From contig NC_090358.1 in assembly GCF_035084215.1 (NCBI RefSeq), positions 6,882,001 through 6,946,000 of the forward strand: DNA of 64,000 bases, written 5' to 3'. The translations under genes were made by a program, and so were the position numbers. Each line of letters opens with the position of its first letter. Within the stretch, counting starts at the first letter, position 1. The DNA comes from Heptranchias perlo (lineage: Eukaryota). The notes beneath the pieces were generated by a model. That model did no database searches. It had not been told where the DNA came from and worked only from the letters and a program-made list of their open reading frames with translations. This document shows, in pieces, positions 26,106 to 39,187 of the stretch.

Positions 26106-27793
26106 TTAGTTTTCCAGCATTTCCTGTTTTTATTATAGGAGATTCCCTGTTCCTCTTTAAACATTGCCAAGAAATATTTTACATACACCTGAACAGGCAG
26201 ATGGGGGGTGGGGCGTGGTTTAACATCTCAAACTGGTATTAATAAAAGTGACTGTGAAGCTGTCGGCTTGTCATAAAAATCCAACTGGTTCACTAAGTCC
26301 TTCAGGGAAGGAAACCTGCCGTCCTTACCCGGTCTGGGTACGTGATTCCCGTCCCACACCGATGTGGTTGACTCTTAACTGCCCTCTGAGGTGGCCTAGC
26401 AAGCCACTCAAACCGCTACCGGCAGTTCAAGGCGGCAGCCCAAACACACCTGCTCAGGGCAACTGGGGATGGGCAATAAATGCTTTGCCAGCGATGCCCA
26501 CATCCCAAGAATGAATGGACAGCACCTCCAACAATGCAACACCCTTTCAGTACTGTACTGGATTGTCAGCCTAGATTATGTGCTCAAATCCTGTAGTGGG
26601 GCTTGAACCCACAACCTTCTGACTCAGAGGTGAGAGTGCTACCAACTGAGCCAAGCTGACAGTTAAAGCCGCATGGAAGGAGCTTCCCCCGATGTGCTGA
26701 ACGGGTAAACTACATTGCCCGATCTGGAGTGGGAATCGAACCTAGGACCTTTCCTGGTGTCTGTAAGTCTCAGTACCACACAACACGGTGCATATCGCCA
26801 CCAAACCAGAAGGGAGCAGTGGTCTTTCTTTACATCTCCAGCTGCATCTTCAGGTTTGTTCAATCTTATTCTTGTACGACACACATTTTAGTAAAAAAAA
26901 CACACATTGAAATTGCTCCAACCTTGAATTTTCCACTTAGTTTGCAAACTCTATGTGGAAACCAAGCATCATCGCCTCATCTAATTCATTCTTTCTATGC
27001 ATCTCAAACAGTGTGGAACTCTTCATCGCCTTTCTTTCTATAATCTACAGGCTTTCAAAACCCAAACTTGGTGTCTCCCAACTAATTCTTTCTAATTTAT
27101 TTAATCTCCGACTCTATTTAGCCTTGGTGACGTTCCGCAATCTGGGCCTCGACCTCTCACCTCTGTTTCCAAACGTTAAAAAAAAGACTAAATCCCATTC
27201 TTGACATTGGCCCATCTCACCCCATTGGCCATCCACCCAGCCCAAGCCGAGTCAGTAAGTGTTGGCAGGCAACTCAACCGTGGGAGGAGGGGGCTATCGT
27301 GGCTGAGCCCAACCCTGACCTCCGCGCACAGAGACACCTGCTGTCCAGCGGGGGTCACTGATTAGCAACCCAGAGTGTAAATCATGATGATTATTTCCCT
27401 TCTCGAAGTGAGGCTATTCAACCCCTCTTGGGGGTGGCAGCTGAATTTAGTGACTGTCCTTTGTGTAAAATTAATGAGAGGAGAATTGTGAGCAGCCCAA
27501 ATTTTCAATAGGCTCTTACTCCCCGCCAAGAACTTAATTAAAATTAATAGTTAAAGAACTTTAACATCCCAAAGCGCTTTACAGTACTTTTGAAGTGTAG
27601 TCACCGTTGTAATGTGGGGAAAGTAATCCTAAACTGAACCCCAATCCCTCTCCTCTTGCTGTCTTATATTCCCGTTACTTATTTCCCTTTCCCAGTCTCA
27701 TCGCCCTTTGTTTGCCCACATTAAACAACATCTGCCTCGTCAGCCCAGTCACCTGACCTATCCTTCTCCCTCTGTATTTGGTTTCCATTATTT

Positions 27794-27856
27794 GGAAGTC
27801 TCCTCCCCTCAGTTTCATTTCAGCAAACTTACAACTTTGTTTCAGTTTCCGTTTCC
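27794..27856 (-). promoter_or_regulatory. Intronic ISRE/IRF cluster with NF-kB-like site in ISG20
   Basis: Minus strand: GGAAACGGAAACTGAAAC (27839-27856), GAAATGAAACT (27811-27821), GGAGACTTCC (27794-27803). Confidence 0.55.
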
Positions 27857-27859
27857 AAA

Positions 27860-28300
27860 TCATAGAATCGTTGAATGATACAACATAGGAGGCCAATCGG
27901 CCCATCCTGCCTGTGCTGGCTCTTTTAAAAGAGCTATCCAATTAGTCCCACTCCCCTGCTTCTCCCCCCACCCCCCACCATAGCTCTGCAAATTTTTCCC
28001 CTTCAATCTCCTTTTGTAAGTTATTATTGAATCTGCTTCCACCACCCTTTCAGGCAGTGCGGTCCAGATCATAACAACTCGCTGCGTAAATATTTTTTTT
28101 TCCTCATGTCACCTCTAGTTCTTTTGCCAATTACCTTAAATCTGTATCCTCTGGTTACCGACCCTTCTGCCACTGGAAACAGTTTCTCCTTATGTACTCG
28201 ATCGAAATCCTTCATGATTTTAGAACACGTCAATTAAATCTCCCCTTAAACTTCTCCGCTTGAAGGAGAACAACCCCAGCTTCTCTAGTCTCTCCACGTA
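27860..28300 (-). mobile_element. CR1 LINE 3' fragment in ISG20 intron
   Basis: IWTALPERVVEADSI remnants and CR1 tail. Confidence 0.8.
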
Positions 28301-28569
28301 AATGAACTCTTTCAATTACCTTCATCTTCGAAACCCAAACATAGCGTCACCTACCTGTGATTTACCTCACCTTCTCTCCTACAGTGTTAATGGACCCTGC
28401 ACGATTAAGCCTTCACTCGGTCTCAATAAAGTGAGTCCTAGTCACTCATTTTTTAAAAAAAAAGTTATTTCCCTTTAAGAAAGGGAGCCGTAAGCAGTAG
28501 GAAAGGTGGTGCTACATAATAACATCGTAACAAGTACACTGTTTGAATTCGTTAAAAAGTGAAGCTTAC

Positions 28570-28800
28570 CTCCTCCCTGGCGATGCGATAAGACAAAGCA
28601 GTATCCATATCTGATGGACGAATCCCGCTCACAGCTGTCCTAAAATTTGTTATCCTCCCATCTGGTTTAATAAATTTGTCATAGATCACTCTCCCATTGT
28701 AGTCCACAATGCTGCACCGTGCCAGGCCGCTCTCAAGACCACCGGGGCCAAGTCCCACCATCTCGCAATCAATGGCAACGTACTTCGAAGGATCCCACAT
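28570..28800 (-). CDS. ISG20: ISG20 interferon-stimulated 3'-5' exonuclease, coding exon 1
   Basis: [32 protein letters not shown] (ExoI DxE); no N-terminal extension (in-frame TGA two codons upstream), as in ISG20; GAG|GTAAGC donor; 231 nt. Confidence 0.85.
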
Positions 28801-28854
28801 CTTTCAGTTCTTAAGACAACAAGTTTCCCCCACTGCGGTGTCTGTGACCAAATC

Positions 28855-28890
28855 AAAGTGAAACAGCAACTTTCCTTTCCTTTTTATACA
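28855..28890 (-). promoter_or_regulatory. IRF-like sites and TATA-like box just upstream of the ISG20 ATG
   Basis: AAAGTGAAAC (+, 28855), GGAAAGGAAAGT (-, 28869-28880), TATAAAA (-, 28882-28888). Confidence 0.45.
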
Positions 28891-29289
28891 CTTCTCTTTC
28901 CCTTTGCCCAGCTAGTTCAGTTTGAGGGCGTTACCTTTGTGCAAAGTACTTCCCTGCAGGCAAAAAAAAAACAAAAAAGCAATTTCAACAGAGTAGCTAT
29001 CAGCCTTGTGTTGCCATTTCCTGCTCTGTGCCAGGTCAAAGTTACGGCGAATCAGCTTCAGAGCCTACGTACACCCACACCTATCTAGTGCCCATGGTTA
29101 CACTGTTGTCTTGTTTGCTTATTGTTTTGTTTGTTTGCCATGGTTCCATCATGCGCAGAAAATTCTACCACAAAAATGTTTTTATGTTTTTTTTTTGGTG
29201 CATAATTGCAGAGGCCAAGAGATGCGACTCTTCTCGTCAAACCTCTCCCTGAAAGGCCGGCACCCAAAACAAGCTCACAATAACCCACC

Positions 29290-29450
29290 TTGATCACCTT
29301 CTTCTTGCTCGTTACGTCACTAGTTAGCATCCCTTTCTCCCCCCCCCTCACACCGCGTTTTCGCCCTGTGACGAGCAGACCAGTGACACACGTACGTGTG
29401 CGCACGGAGGCACACATCACACACGCTCGCACACTCTTAAGGTCATACAG
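29290..29450 (-). promoter_or_regulatory. Possible upstream ISG20 promoter / non-coding exon
   Basis: Local CpG cluster, ATF/CRE-like TGACGTAA, candidate donor AAG|GTGATC near 29296, and a strong acceptor TTTTTTTGCCTGCAG near 28954. Confidence 0.4.
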
Positions 29451-30499
29451 CGAGTGCCAGAAGCGCTGAAAAGAGGAAGATAAGTTTGGGCGTAGTCTTC
29501 CTCAGTACGTTGAAGTTCTGAAGAAGGACCCCCGCCCAAAAAGGAAAGCCTATCTTTCCAGTTCCAAGAACCAGCCGAGCCTGATGCATACATGCAGCAT
29601 TTTCTGTTTTTATTTCAGCCTGTGGTTTTTCTTTTTTTTTTACCTCAAAAACATTTCGAACCCATTCTCTTCCTATTACGTTTACAGACGGTTTGTTTTT
29701 TAATGATTAAGTACGTCCGATATCCGGCTCCCTTGACACCTCATTGGATAACTGCACCACATGGTACTACTACTGAGTCACAGAGGCCAGAGGGCTAAAG
29801 TCGCTTTGTGTGTTATTGCAAGTGCAGTGATTAACACCAACTCATGTCAAAATCCCCCTGGGCACAATTTTTACCAGCTGATTCACACACAGGAATTTAA
29901 CACAATGTGGTAACCAGTGCACTAAAAATAGTGGAGTAAAGAATTTCAGTCGCCAGGATGTTCTAACTCTGGTCTGTGCCGAGCTCTGATGGGAGAGTCT
30001 AGAACAAGGGGGCATGACCTTGAAATTAGAGCCATGCCGTTCAGGGGTGATGTCAGGAAGCACTTCTTTACACAAATTGGAGCAGACGCCTGGAACTCTA
30101 ACACCCCAACAAGCTGTTGAGGCTGGGGGTCCATTGAAAATTTCAAAACTTGAGATTGATAGATTTTTGTACGGTAAGGGGATTAAGGGTTCTGGAACCA
30201 AGGCGGGTAGATGGGAGATAAGATACAGATCAGCCATCATCTAATTGAATGGCGGAACAGGCTCGAGGGGCTGAATGGCCTACTGCAGTTCCTATGTTCC
30301 TTCCTAGCTCATGTCACCTGGGGCAATGGTGGGGACATCGCAATTGGGCTTAATGTCCCCAGTCTATTGTTTGGGGGAGAGGACAGGGAGGACAAATCAG
30401 CCAAGCTTCCTGTCCTATCTCCGTCTCCCGCCACCTCTCTGCTGCCGGCACAGGCATGATGGGCCGAATGGCCTCCTTCTGCGCCGAAAGATTCTATGA

Positions 30500-31830
30500 C
30501 TCTGTCGGAGGCTTCATCCTCCTCAAATGGGCTCTTCTCCGCACCCAACTGAGCCGTGCTCTCAATCCGTTCCACTCTTACCCATCGCACCGTAGGCTTC
30601 AAATGGTTCCTTTCTCCTCCCGTGCCACTGCAGTCTCCTTTGGTGTACCCTCGGGGAACCATCCTTGCGCCCCCCCCCCCTTTCATTATTTACATGTTAC
30701 CCCTTGGCCACGTCAATGGAAACATGGGGCCAGCTTTCACACATATGCTGGTGACACCAAGCTCTACCCCACCACCTCCTCCATCGACCCCTCAACTGTT
30801 GCCTCTGTCTCTAACTCCCTTTCTGTCCCAAGACCTGGATGAGCCAAAAAAAACTTCCTCCAACTTAACTGAAGCAATCCTCTTCGGCTCCCAGAAAGAC
30901 CTACACTCCTCTGGCATCAAGTTTACCTCTCTTCCCAGCTACCACCACAGGTTCGGCCTGGAGTTTAGAGTTTTGATTTCCTTACCTAAGGAAGGATATA
31001 CTTGCCTTAGAGGCGGTGCAATGAAGGTTCACTAGATTGATTCCTGGGATGAGAGGGTTGTCCTATGAGAAGAGATTGAGTAGAATGGACCTATACTCTC
31101 TGGAGTTTAGAAGGATGAGAGGTGATCTCATTGAAACATATAAGATTCTGAGAGGGCTTGACAGGGTAGATGCTGAGAGGCTGTTTCCCCTGGCTGGAGA
31201 GTCTAGAACTAGGAGGCATAGTCTCAGGATAAGGTGTCGGCCATTTAGGACTAAGATGAGGAAAAATGTCTTCACTCAGAGGGTTGTGAATCTTTGGAAT
31301 TCTCTACCCCAGAGGGCTACCCCTGGATGCTCAGTCCTTGAGTATATTCAAGACTGTGATCGATAGATTTTTGGACTCTAAGGGAATCAAGGGATATGGG
31401 GATCGGGCGGGAAAGTGAAGTTGAGGTTGAAGATCAGCCATGATCTTACCAAATGGCACAGCAGGCTCGAGGGGCCATGTGGCCTATTCCTGCTCCTATT
31501 TCTTATGTTCTTAAGCGGAAACTTGCCATTTTGCACAGCCATGCGCTCAGATTCCTCCCTCCCGTCTGTTCGGTGAATAAAACCATCTGCAACATCACCT
31601 GTCCCGGCTCCTATGTCTTGGCCTTCATCATCAAGTCTCTCATCCACAATTTTATCGGCTTGTGACTGGGCTTTCCTTGCTACCTTCTACCGTTCGTAAA
31701 CCACGAGTCAACCAAAATGCTGCCGCCTGTCCCAGGACCCCTGTCCTTGCCGAGCTTTCTGGGTCCTAGAGAAAATGGATGGTAAGATTCTCGGCCTCGC
31801 CTTCAAATCCCTCCACTCCCTTGCCCCTCG
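30500..31830 (+). mobile_element. Decayed L2-type RT fragment interrupted by a CR1 3' end (~30955-31510)
   Basis: GVPSG...FHTYAGDTKLY RT remnants; nested CR1 ORF MRGLSYEKRLSRMDLYSLEFRRMRGDLIETYKI. Confidence 0.7.
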
Positions 31831-34459
31831 GTACCTCTGATCTTGAGTTGACCTCACATTCTGCCCAAGAGCAATTAGCATCTAATTGATCTCAGAAAAG
31901 GCATAGCCAACGAGATCTTGTGGCTTTAAAGGGGCACATCAGAATACACTAAACTGGACCGTAGCAGCAGGTTAATAGGTGAAATGGTTCAATGTTCTTT
32001 ATAAAAGAGTACATCCCCCAATTTATCCCGAGCAATGCCACCGAAGATTCATTATTAAAAATAAACAAAAGAGTGACATAATCTGAACCCATCAATTAAA
32101 TTCCAGCCTTTAAATGGCTCGCAGACACTTATTCTACATATAAATCATCCGGACCCCTTGGTTCAGTTCCAGTCTTGGGTTACGATTCAGGGCTTCTCCA
32201 AAGGATTTTTCCTCATTCCCAACATACAAAACAATTCCCATAGGCAAGCCCACGCTTCCTATGAACTGAAGCTCAACATCTTGGGCGCATCATCAGGGAT
32301 AGCAAGTCCTGGGCGAAGAGATCCACTTATTGTCTCCGGATAACAAGTGGGATTTCCACTACACACTGCCCATCGCTTCACTGGATGATTATCAGCCAGG
32401 CCAGACACTTTCGTAGTAAATCAAAACCACTAAACAGATTTATTCACCGATAATCATTTACAGTAGCAAGTGATAACAGCACATTGGTAGTCAGTCCAAA
32501 TGCCACGGCAGCTTTGTACCAGTTCATGAAAGGGTTACAGACAAACCAATCAATTAAGTTCCCTTGAATGGCTTTCCTTCAGGTCTTTCAAACAAACGAC
32601 AAGCAGTTCCCAGAAGTAACTGCCTGATACTTAGATTAGAATCGTACACAGAATTACGTGGTTTACTGTGTTTTTGCCTCCTTGACTGTTGCAGTTTGAT
32701 CAAAACCATAACTAACTGCCCAATCCTTCTGCCCTTTGAAGTACAGTCGCCGCTTTGAGAACTGTGAGACTGAGGAGCTTTACTTGGACAAGAAACAGCC
32801 AGCTCTATAATACATACACAAAGCATGCAAATGACGACATTAAGTTACCCCAATCAGATCGTCATTTTATAGTTAAAAACTTTTAATCCGATAATTTGAA
32901 TAAATAACTTTGAATTAAGATAAAAACTGCGTGGAGAAAAAAAATACAATTTATTTTTCCACTCTTTTTTTTCTATGTATGACCATCCAAACCCCTGAAT
33001 TAAATCCCAGCCTCTAATTCACTCCTGGATATATAAACTCTCTGAAGCCGAGTAGATTACAACACGTAGCTCACCCCTGGGTATCTGAGATTCCCTATTC
33101 TGCAGCTATTCACTTTTGTATGGCATACCTTTCTATAATGCTTATTACGATTTGCTTATGATCCTGTGGAAGTGGGCCAGTCTTGAGTACCGGGGGTGCA
33201 TGGACAGGGATTTAGAGCTGGAACAAATTAAGGAGATGGGGAGGGGTGGTGGGATTGACAATCTTCTCTGGAGTGTAGGACGTCAGTGGAGCTTTGAGAG
33301 CACTGGGGTAAAGGGGATGCAGGTTGTGTAGGGGGGAGGCGGGCACATTGTGGATGACTTGCCGTTTATGAATGGTAGAATCAGGTAGCCCAGCCAGAGG
33401 TGAAAAAACATGGATTAAAGTTTTGGTGGCTGAGGAGAGGTAGAGATGGTGACAGAGATCATCTCAGGGGGAGGAGGAGGCAAGAGAAGGAAGCTAAATT
33501 GTGGAGCCAAAAGCTGAGAATCTTCATCTATGGGCTCAGCAAATACAAACCAGGTACAACTTATCTTCCTTTACTATCTGTACAAGTTGTCCTCAAGAGA
33601 TTAAATGGATAAGGTCAGTGACTCAGTTGATTGGACCAGCAGCAGCTGTTGATGGGTTTCCAACTGCAATGTGCCATGTTTAACATTTCATCTGCAAATA
33701 CTCTCTGCTACCTGCTGAGTGAGCTGTGCAATGCAATGTGGCGAGGCTGCCACATAACTTGCTGTGCCAGTCACCAGCGAATGTGATCTGAAATCCTCCA
33801 GCATGAAAGTTCCAACATTTGAGCTCTTATTTAAGATTGAATTACCAACCATTTCCCCACAAACAATCCAGTAGCTTCCGTGGTCATTTTCCCAGTGCCA
33901 TCCAACAAACTACCCAATTTAGTAAATTCCAACTTCACAATTTGCCACGCTGGGATTTGAACAGTCGGCCTCTGGGTTGCTGGTCCTCCACCATAACCAC
34001 TAGGCTACCCTCTCGACTTACCCTTACCACCAAAAACCCAGGGGGTGGGGATGGCTGGGTGTTTCAATCAGTTAAAGATTGAGGAGCGATCCAATCGAGG
34101 TGTTTAAAATGATAAAAGGATTCCATGGGGTAGATAAAGAGAAACTATTTCCTCTGGTGGGGGAATCCAGAACAAGGTTGACGCATAATCTTAATAAATT
34201 AGAGCCAGGTCATTCAGGAGTGAAATCGGGAAGTGCTTTTAAAAAGGGTGGTAGCAATCTGGAATTCTCTCCCCCGCCCCCACCCCCACCTCCACCCGAA
34301 AGGCTAAGGTTGCTGGGTCAATTGAAGCTTTCAAGACTGAGATCGATGGATTTTTGTCGGGAGAGGATATCAAGGGATATGGGGTTGAGGTGCAGATCAG
34401 CCATGATCTAACTGAGTTGCGGAGCGGGCTCGAGGGGCCGAATGGCCTATATTCATAAA

Positions 34460-34620
34460 CTGGATTTTCACCTCTGGGACCCAGGATCAAGTCCAACCCA
34501 AAATCACTCGCCTCAAAAGTCTCCTTTTCACTGGCTGTGAATGTCCATTGTGAAATGAATTTGGAGCCGCCTTAATCCAGTTACTAATTGGCAAGGGCAT
34601 TCAGCATAAAACATTTCACA
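34460..34620 (+). mobile_element. LF-SINE-like fragment
   Basis: TTTTCACCTCTGGG...TGGCTGT...TGTGAAATGAATTTGG...AATCCAGTTACTAATTGG resembles the LF-SINE body as I recall it. Confidence 0.5.
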
Positions 34621-34674
34621 ATGGATACTTACAGCCATTGGCGAGAGAAGACTCTAATGTCATTGAGAGGTGAT

Positions 34675-34770
34675 GGACCTGATAGAGGTCTTTAAGATTA
34701 TGAAAGGGTTTGATAGGGTAGACGTAGAGAAGATGTTTCCACTTGCGGGGGAGACCAGAACTAGAGGCCA
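34675..34770 (+). mobile_element. CR1 LINE fragment, left part of the host element split by R2
   Basis: Nearly identical to the CR1 copy at 2017-2110 up to ...GGCCA. Confidence 0.88.
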
Positions 34771-37700
34771 CGGCAGGAGTAACTATGACTCTGATTCTGA
34801 CTACGAGAGTGGTTGCAGCAGTCCAGTTACATTGTGGGTAACTCTCTAGAAATCTCAGTTACCTCGTGGTCCCCTCGTGGACAACAATACGACTTTCGTG
34901 TTGGCTAAACTGACAGTTCAAAGAATTCTAACGCGATCTGCGGAGATCAAGTAGCCTATAGGAGAGGGGAAAATTATTTTAGAAAAACCTTTAGATAACC
35001 CCTCGGGGCATCTCATTCCGGTTGGGATACGGACCAGGCGAAAAACCCAGTGTGTTGCCAGTAGCACCCGGCGCCAAATGTACACGCTGCGACAAAGCTG
35101 GACCTGGATAGCGGTCACGAGCTCATATACACATACTTATGAGGAGGAATTTATTCAAATTATACCAATAGGAGTACCCAATCAAATTCCATCTCAGACG
35201 GTCAATTGATTTTGTGGTGGAGAAACAACTGGGTGACAACTCTTCCAGAGTACGAGGGAGAGCAACCCCTCAGAAATAATTCCTGTGGGGCATCGCAATT
35301 GATTCGTACAAAGATGTTTTATAATTCAGGTCTCAAAATTGCATCAAAGAAGTGGAATACTGAGGAAGGTGAGATAAACACTGTCGACTCCAATTTACCA
35401 AGTACAAGCACTCACTGCGCAGCAATAAGAATTGATCCCATTAATGTGCCCAATCAATTGAAGGAAGCTACCATTCATTAGCCTAATGATAGTCTATTAT
35501 GTGTATAATGTTACGAATACCTGGATTCATATACTATATTCAAAACACCAGGTTACAAAAATAACCACTACATGTACTAAATATAGTAGGAAAAGTGACT
35601 TCCATTCGATTGCCTGCCATTGCACTAAATGCGAAGGGCAGTGCCATGCTGCCTCTGTCGGCCAATTCAGTTGCACAGTGTCCTTTAAGATTTTCAGGAA
35701 AAATTGGTTGCGGCCAGCATGAGCGACATTTACACCCAGAACTTAGGAATAAGAAGAGTTGAGGATAGCATTCCTAAGAAAAAGACCAGTAAAAGATCGG
35801 TATGGTCCGAGGATGAAATAAGGAAGCTTGTTGAATTCGGGGCCAAATTTACAGGTCCCCGGAACATAAATAAAAGGATTAGTGAACAACTGAAGTCAAA
35901 AACAAATAAACGGATCTCCGATAAAAGGAGATTTCTTACTGCCAATGCAGAGCAGGTGAGGGAGGCAACAGTAAGTACATCAAGCGCAATAATAGAATTG
36001 AACGAATCGCTCGTGCGAAGAAAATCGAGAACTCACAACGCATTGTAGCGCTACTAACAATATCCAAACAGAAGATATTTTAAAGGGTAACACTCTCCAA
36101 CGTGACATCAATAATTTACTCTTGGATGCCGAACAATTATTAAAGTGTCGGCCTGATCCTGAGGCAGAAGCCCAGGTAATCAGACTTATTGAGGTTATTA
36201 CTAAAACAATTTTGGACAATAATAATAAACCATCTGGAAATAAAAAGACTAAGGGTTTTGTAAACAAGAATCAGAAGTACAAGCCCATTGTTAAAAAGAA
36301 ACTCCAGATCAACAAAATGATACGCTAGGAAACAAGCTGCTTTTATGAGAACGTAAACTCTATTTAAAAGCGATAGAAGAAAACTTGCTCGTCAGATAAT
36401 GGGCGGACCTGCGGGAATTAAATGCCCGTTAGGTAAAGCTGAACTTGATTCATGCTTTACAAATAAACTGTCAACTGTTAACAAGGCAGACATCAGTAAG
36501 TTCGTAAGCTGCATTCAGGCGGCTAATAACATCAATCTCACGAGAGCCAGTGAGAACAAAAAGAAATCTGCTCTCGAAAGCATGGTAGTTGGGAGTGCAC
36601 CAGGTCCTGAACGGAACTACGGTCGATGACCTTAAAGACTCGAAGGAGGGGACTCCACTTTATTACCAAGGCTCTTCTCACTTTGGCTTAAAACACCTAC
36701 TATCACGAAACTAATAAAAATGAGTAGAACGGCTCCGATACCAAAAAGTGAAGATACCGAACTTCTCAAGGACATAGGTAATTGGAGGCCAATTACAATT
36801 GGCCCAATGCTGCTTAGGCTTTTCAATAAAATCACTGCCAAAAATTTAGCTGACACCATTACCTTGAACCCTAGACAGAAAGGGTTCACTGCAACCAGAA
36901 TATTGCAAAACATTATAAAAGGAAGTACAACAGAAAACAGCTAGTCGTTGTTTTCGTAGACCTAGTTAAGGCCTTCGACTCTGTGGGACACAAGTTAATA
37001 TCAAAAGCATTAACACGGCTGGGACTAAGCAAGAACTTTATAAAATTGATAGAAAATCTTTACGTAAAGACAACAGTGATCAAAGGGGCGGGATTCAAAA
37101 CCAATCCAGTTAAAATTAGTAGGGGTGTCAAGCAAGGCGACCCCCTTATCTCCTCTTCTGTTTAATATCACTTTGGACCCCCTATTGTGCTCGTTGGAGA
37201 GGGCTGGCTGTGGCATTTGGATGAAGATTAGTGATGGGCATATCAAATGCACGTTGCTGGTCTTCGCTGATGATATCGCAATAATCAGTGACTCCCATTC
37301 AGGAATGGAGCTAAATTTAAAGATCCTCGAATCATTCTGCAAAAAAAAAAACCGCCTTCTGATCATTATCAGAAAAAACGCAGGATTTCATCTGTCCACA
37401 AAGAAAAAAAATCATTCGTATATAACTATGGCAAGAACCGGCAGTTGAATGGGAAAGATCTGGCATTTGTCGATCCCGGAAGTTTTGAGAAATATCTCAG
37501 CGCCAGAATAGATCCACGGGTTGGAATACCCGAGGATAGTCGGGCAGGAAAATTAGAAAACTGGATCCAAAATTTAAAGGAAACCGAACTCAAACCAAGT
37601 CGGAAATGTGAGATCCTCAAAAGCTTTATTATCGCCAGATTTTATTTTCATTTAACTTTAAAAGGAAGCCTCTCAAAATACATTGATGAATCTGGACAAT

Positions 37701-39187
37701 GTAGTTAAAAGGTCGGCAAAAGAAATACTACATTTACCCAATCACATCACTGATGGTTTGTTATATACTAAAAGCAGAATTGTGGGTCTTAGCTTACCCA
37801 AGTTCGAATTTCAGATTCCTTCTGCAATCGTGAGAAAGCTCGATGCCTTCAAGAAGTCAACTAATTCGATTTTAAGAGTGTCTTTTTTGTTCTATGGACA
37901 GGACAATCTCGGAAATATCGAAAGATTGAGGAACCTTAATGTGCTTAAAGAAGTATCCAATTATTCTGAACCATTAAGGAAAATGACCCTAGTAACATCG
38001 CAATTGGATCAGAAGTTAGTGACACTGAAGAACAAGTTGGGAATTTGATTCCCCGCCCCCCCACCCCCCCCGAGCTGTGGAAGGAGAAAAATAAAACATC
38101 TATGCCCATTGGAGGAACTTTAAATGTTATAAATGGTCCAATTTACAATATCAGGGTTCTGGCATAATGACATAATCGCGAATAATTGGGTCAGGCGCAA
38201 TATCGGTATGAAACAATCTCAATTTATTAATGCTCTTTTAATTAGATCTAACCAATACCCCACCAGATACACCTTATCCCTTGGAAGACCCACGGCAATG
38301 AGAACATGCAGGAAGTGTGACTTGGCTAATGAAACAATGGTCGATGTCCCTCAGTTAAGAACGCAAGGATAAAAAGACACAACATAATCCTTGAGCAACT
38401 GAAGAACAACTGTCTGTGGTTAGGCATCGTATCTAGAACCCAGAATAAAGTCAGCCGATGGCAATCTGTGGAAACCAGATATAATCTTTCGTAAAGGGAA
38501 TGGTTTTATAATGGTCGATGTAACCGTTAGATTCCAAGACAGCAATAAATCACTCGAGGTGGCTTGGACTGAGAAACAGGATAAATACAGAATGTTGGCA
38601 TTTGCTATTAAAGGCCTTACTGGCCGAGAGACTATAAAAGTTTTTGGCTTTGTAATGGGTGCCTGGGGAAAATGGTTCAAAAAAAATAACTGATGAAATT
38701 CCTCAAAATTGACCACTATAAAACTTGTGTGTGTAGAATTTCAAGGCTCACAGTGCAGCTTACACCGGACATTTTGCATATTTTTATGAACTTAATATAT
38801 TGTTTTTATATATTTTTTTAAAAATAGATTTAACATGTTTTATAATTTTTGTATGTTATATTTTAAGCAGTCCAATTTTTATTTATATGATTTTAATTAT
38901 TTTATTATGCTATATTTTAATGTTGCGATTTTAATTATTTTATCTATTTGATATTTTATTAAACGGAATACAAAATTCCAGTTTATCTCCCTTGAGTAAT
39001 CCAATGCTTGGTGTTATTCTGTGACACCTCCTTTTATATCACAACGGCCTGTCTTCCCTCTCCCTATACACCAGCTGCTCCCCCTTGTCTGAGATATTTC
39101 GCCGGAATTGACATAGTGGACAAGCCACTTAAACACTTGAAATATACACTCATTTAATGGATTTTGATTCCAAGAGTGTACTTAAAG
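34771..39187 (+). mobile_element. R2 non-LTR retrotransposon (R2-A-like), both ends present, inactivated
   Basis: Fragments in order: three decayed Zn fingers (35500-35740, including HSIACHCTKC and GCGQHERHLHP), Myb (KRSVWSEDEI...KTNKRISDKRR), RT (SAPGP, NWRPITIG, LNPRQKGF, DLVKAFDSV, GVKQGDPL, FADD), CCHC-like CRKC..NET, and restriction-like endonuclease (KPDII..MVDVTVRF..EKQDKY); many stops and frameshifts; 28S-like 5' leader. Confidence 0.93.
34772..34913 (+). ncRNA. Degenerate HDV-like R2 ribozyme with 28S-derived leader
   Basis: P2 TCAGTT (34855) pairs with AACTGA (34908); P3 ACC-TCGT-GGT; P4 hairpin CAACA..ACGA-CTT-TCGT..TGTTG; J4/2 GCTAA; L3 and P1 are decayed. Confidence 0.65.

Noticed and set aside
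29085-29432. N-terminal extension of ISG20 (basic PKKKHK ORF)
   Set aside because: Separated from the exonuclease ATG by in-frame stops; the lysines come from a poly-T tract
34770-34792. 28S rRNA gene or rDNA pseudogene
   Set aside because: Only 23 nt match and both flanks are non-rDNA; explained as the R2 leader
35206-38790. Functional or domesticated R2 protein
   Set aside because: Many stops, frameshifts and lost Zn-finger/CCHC residues
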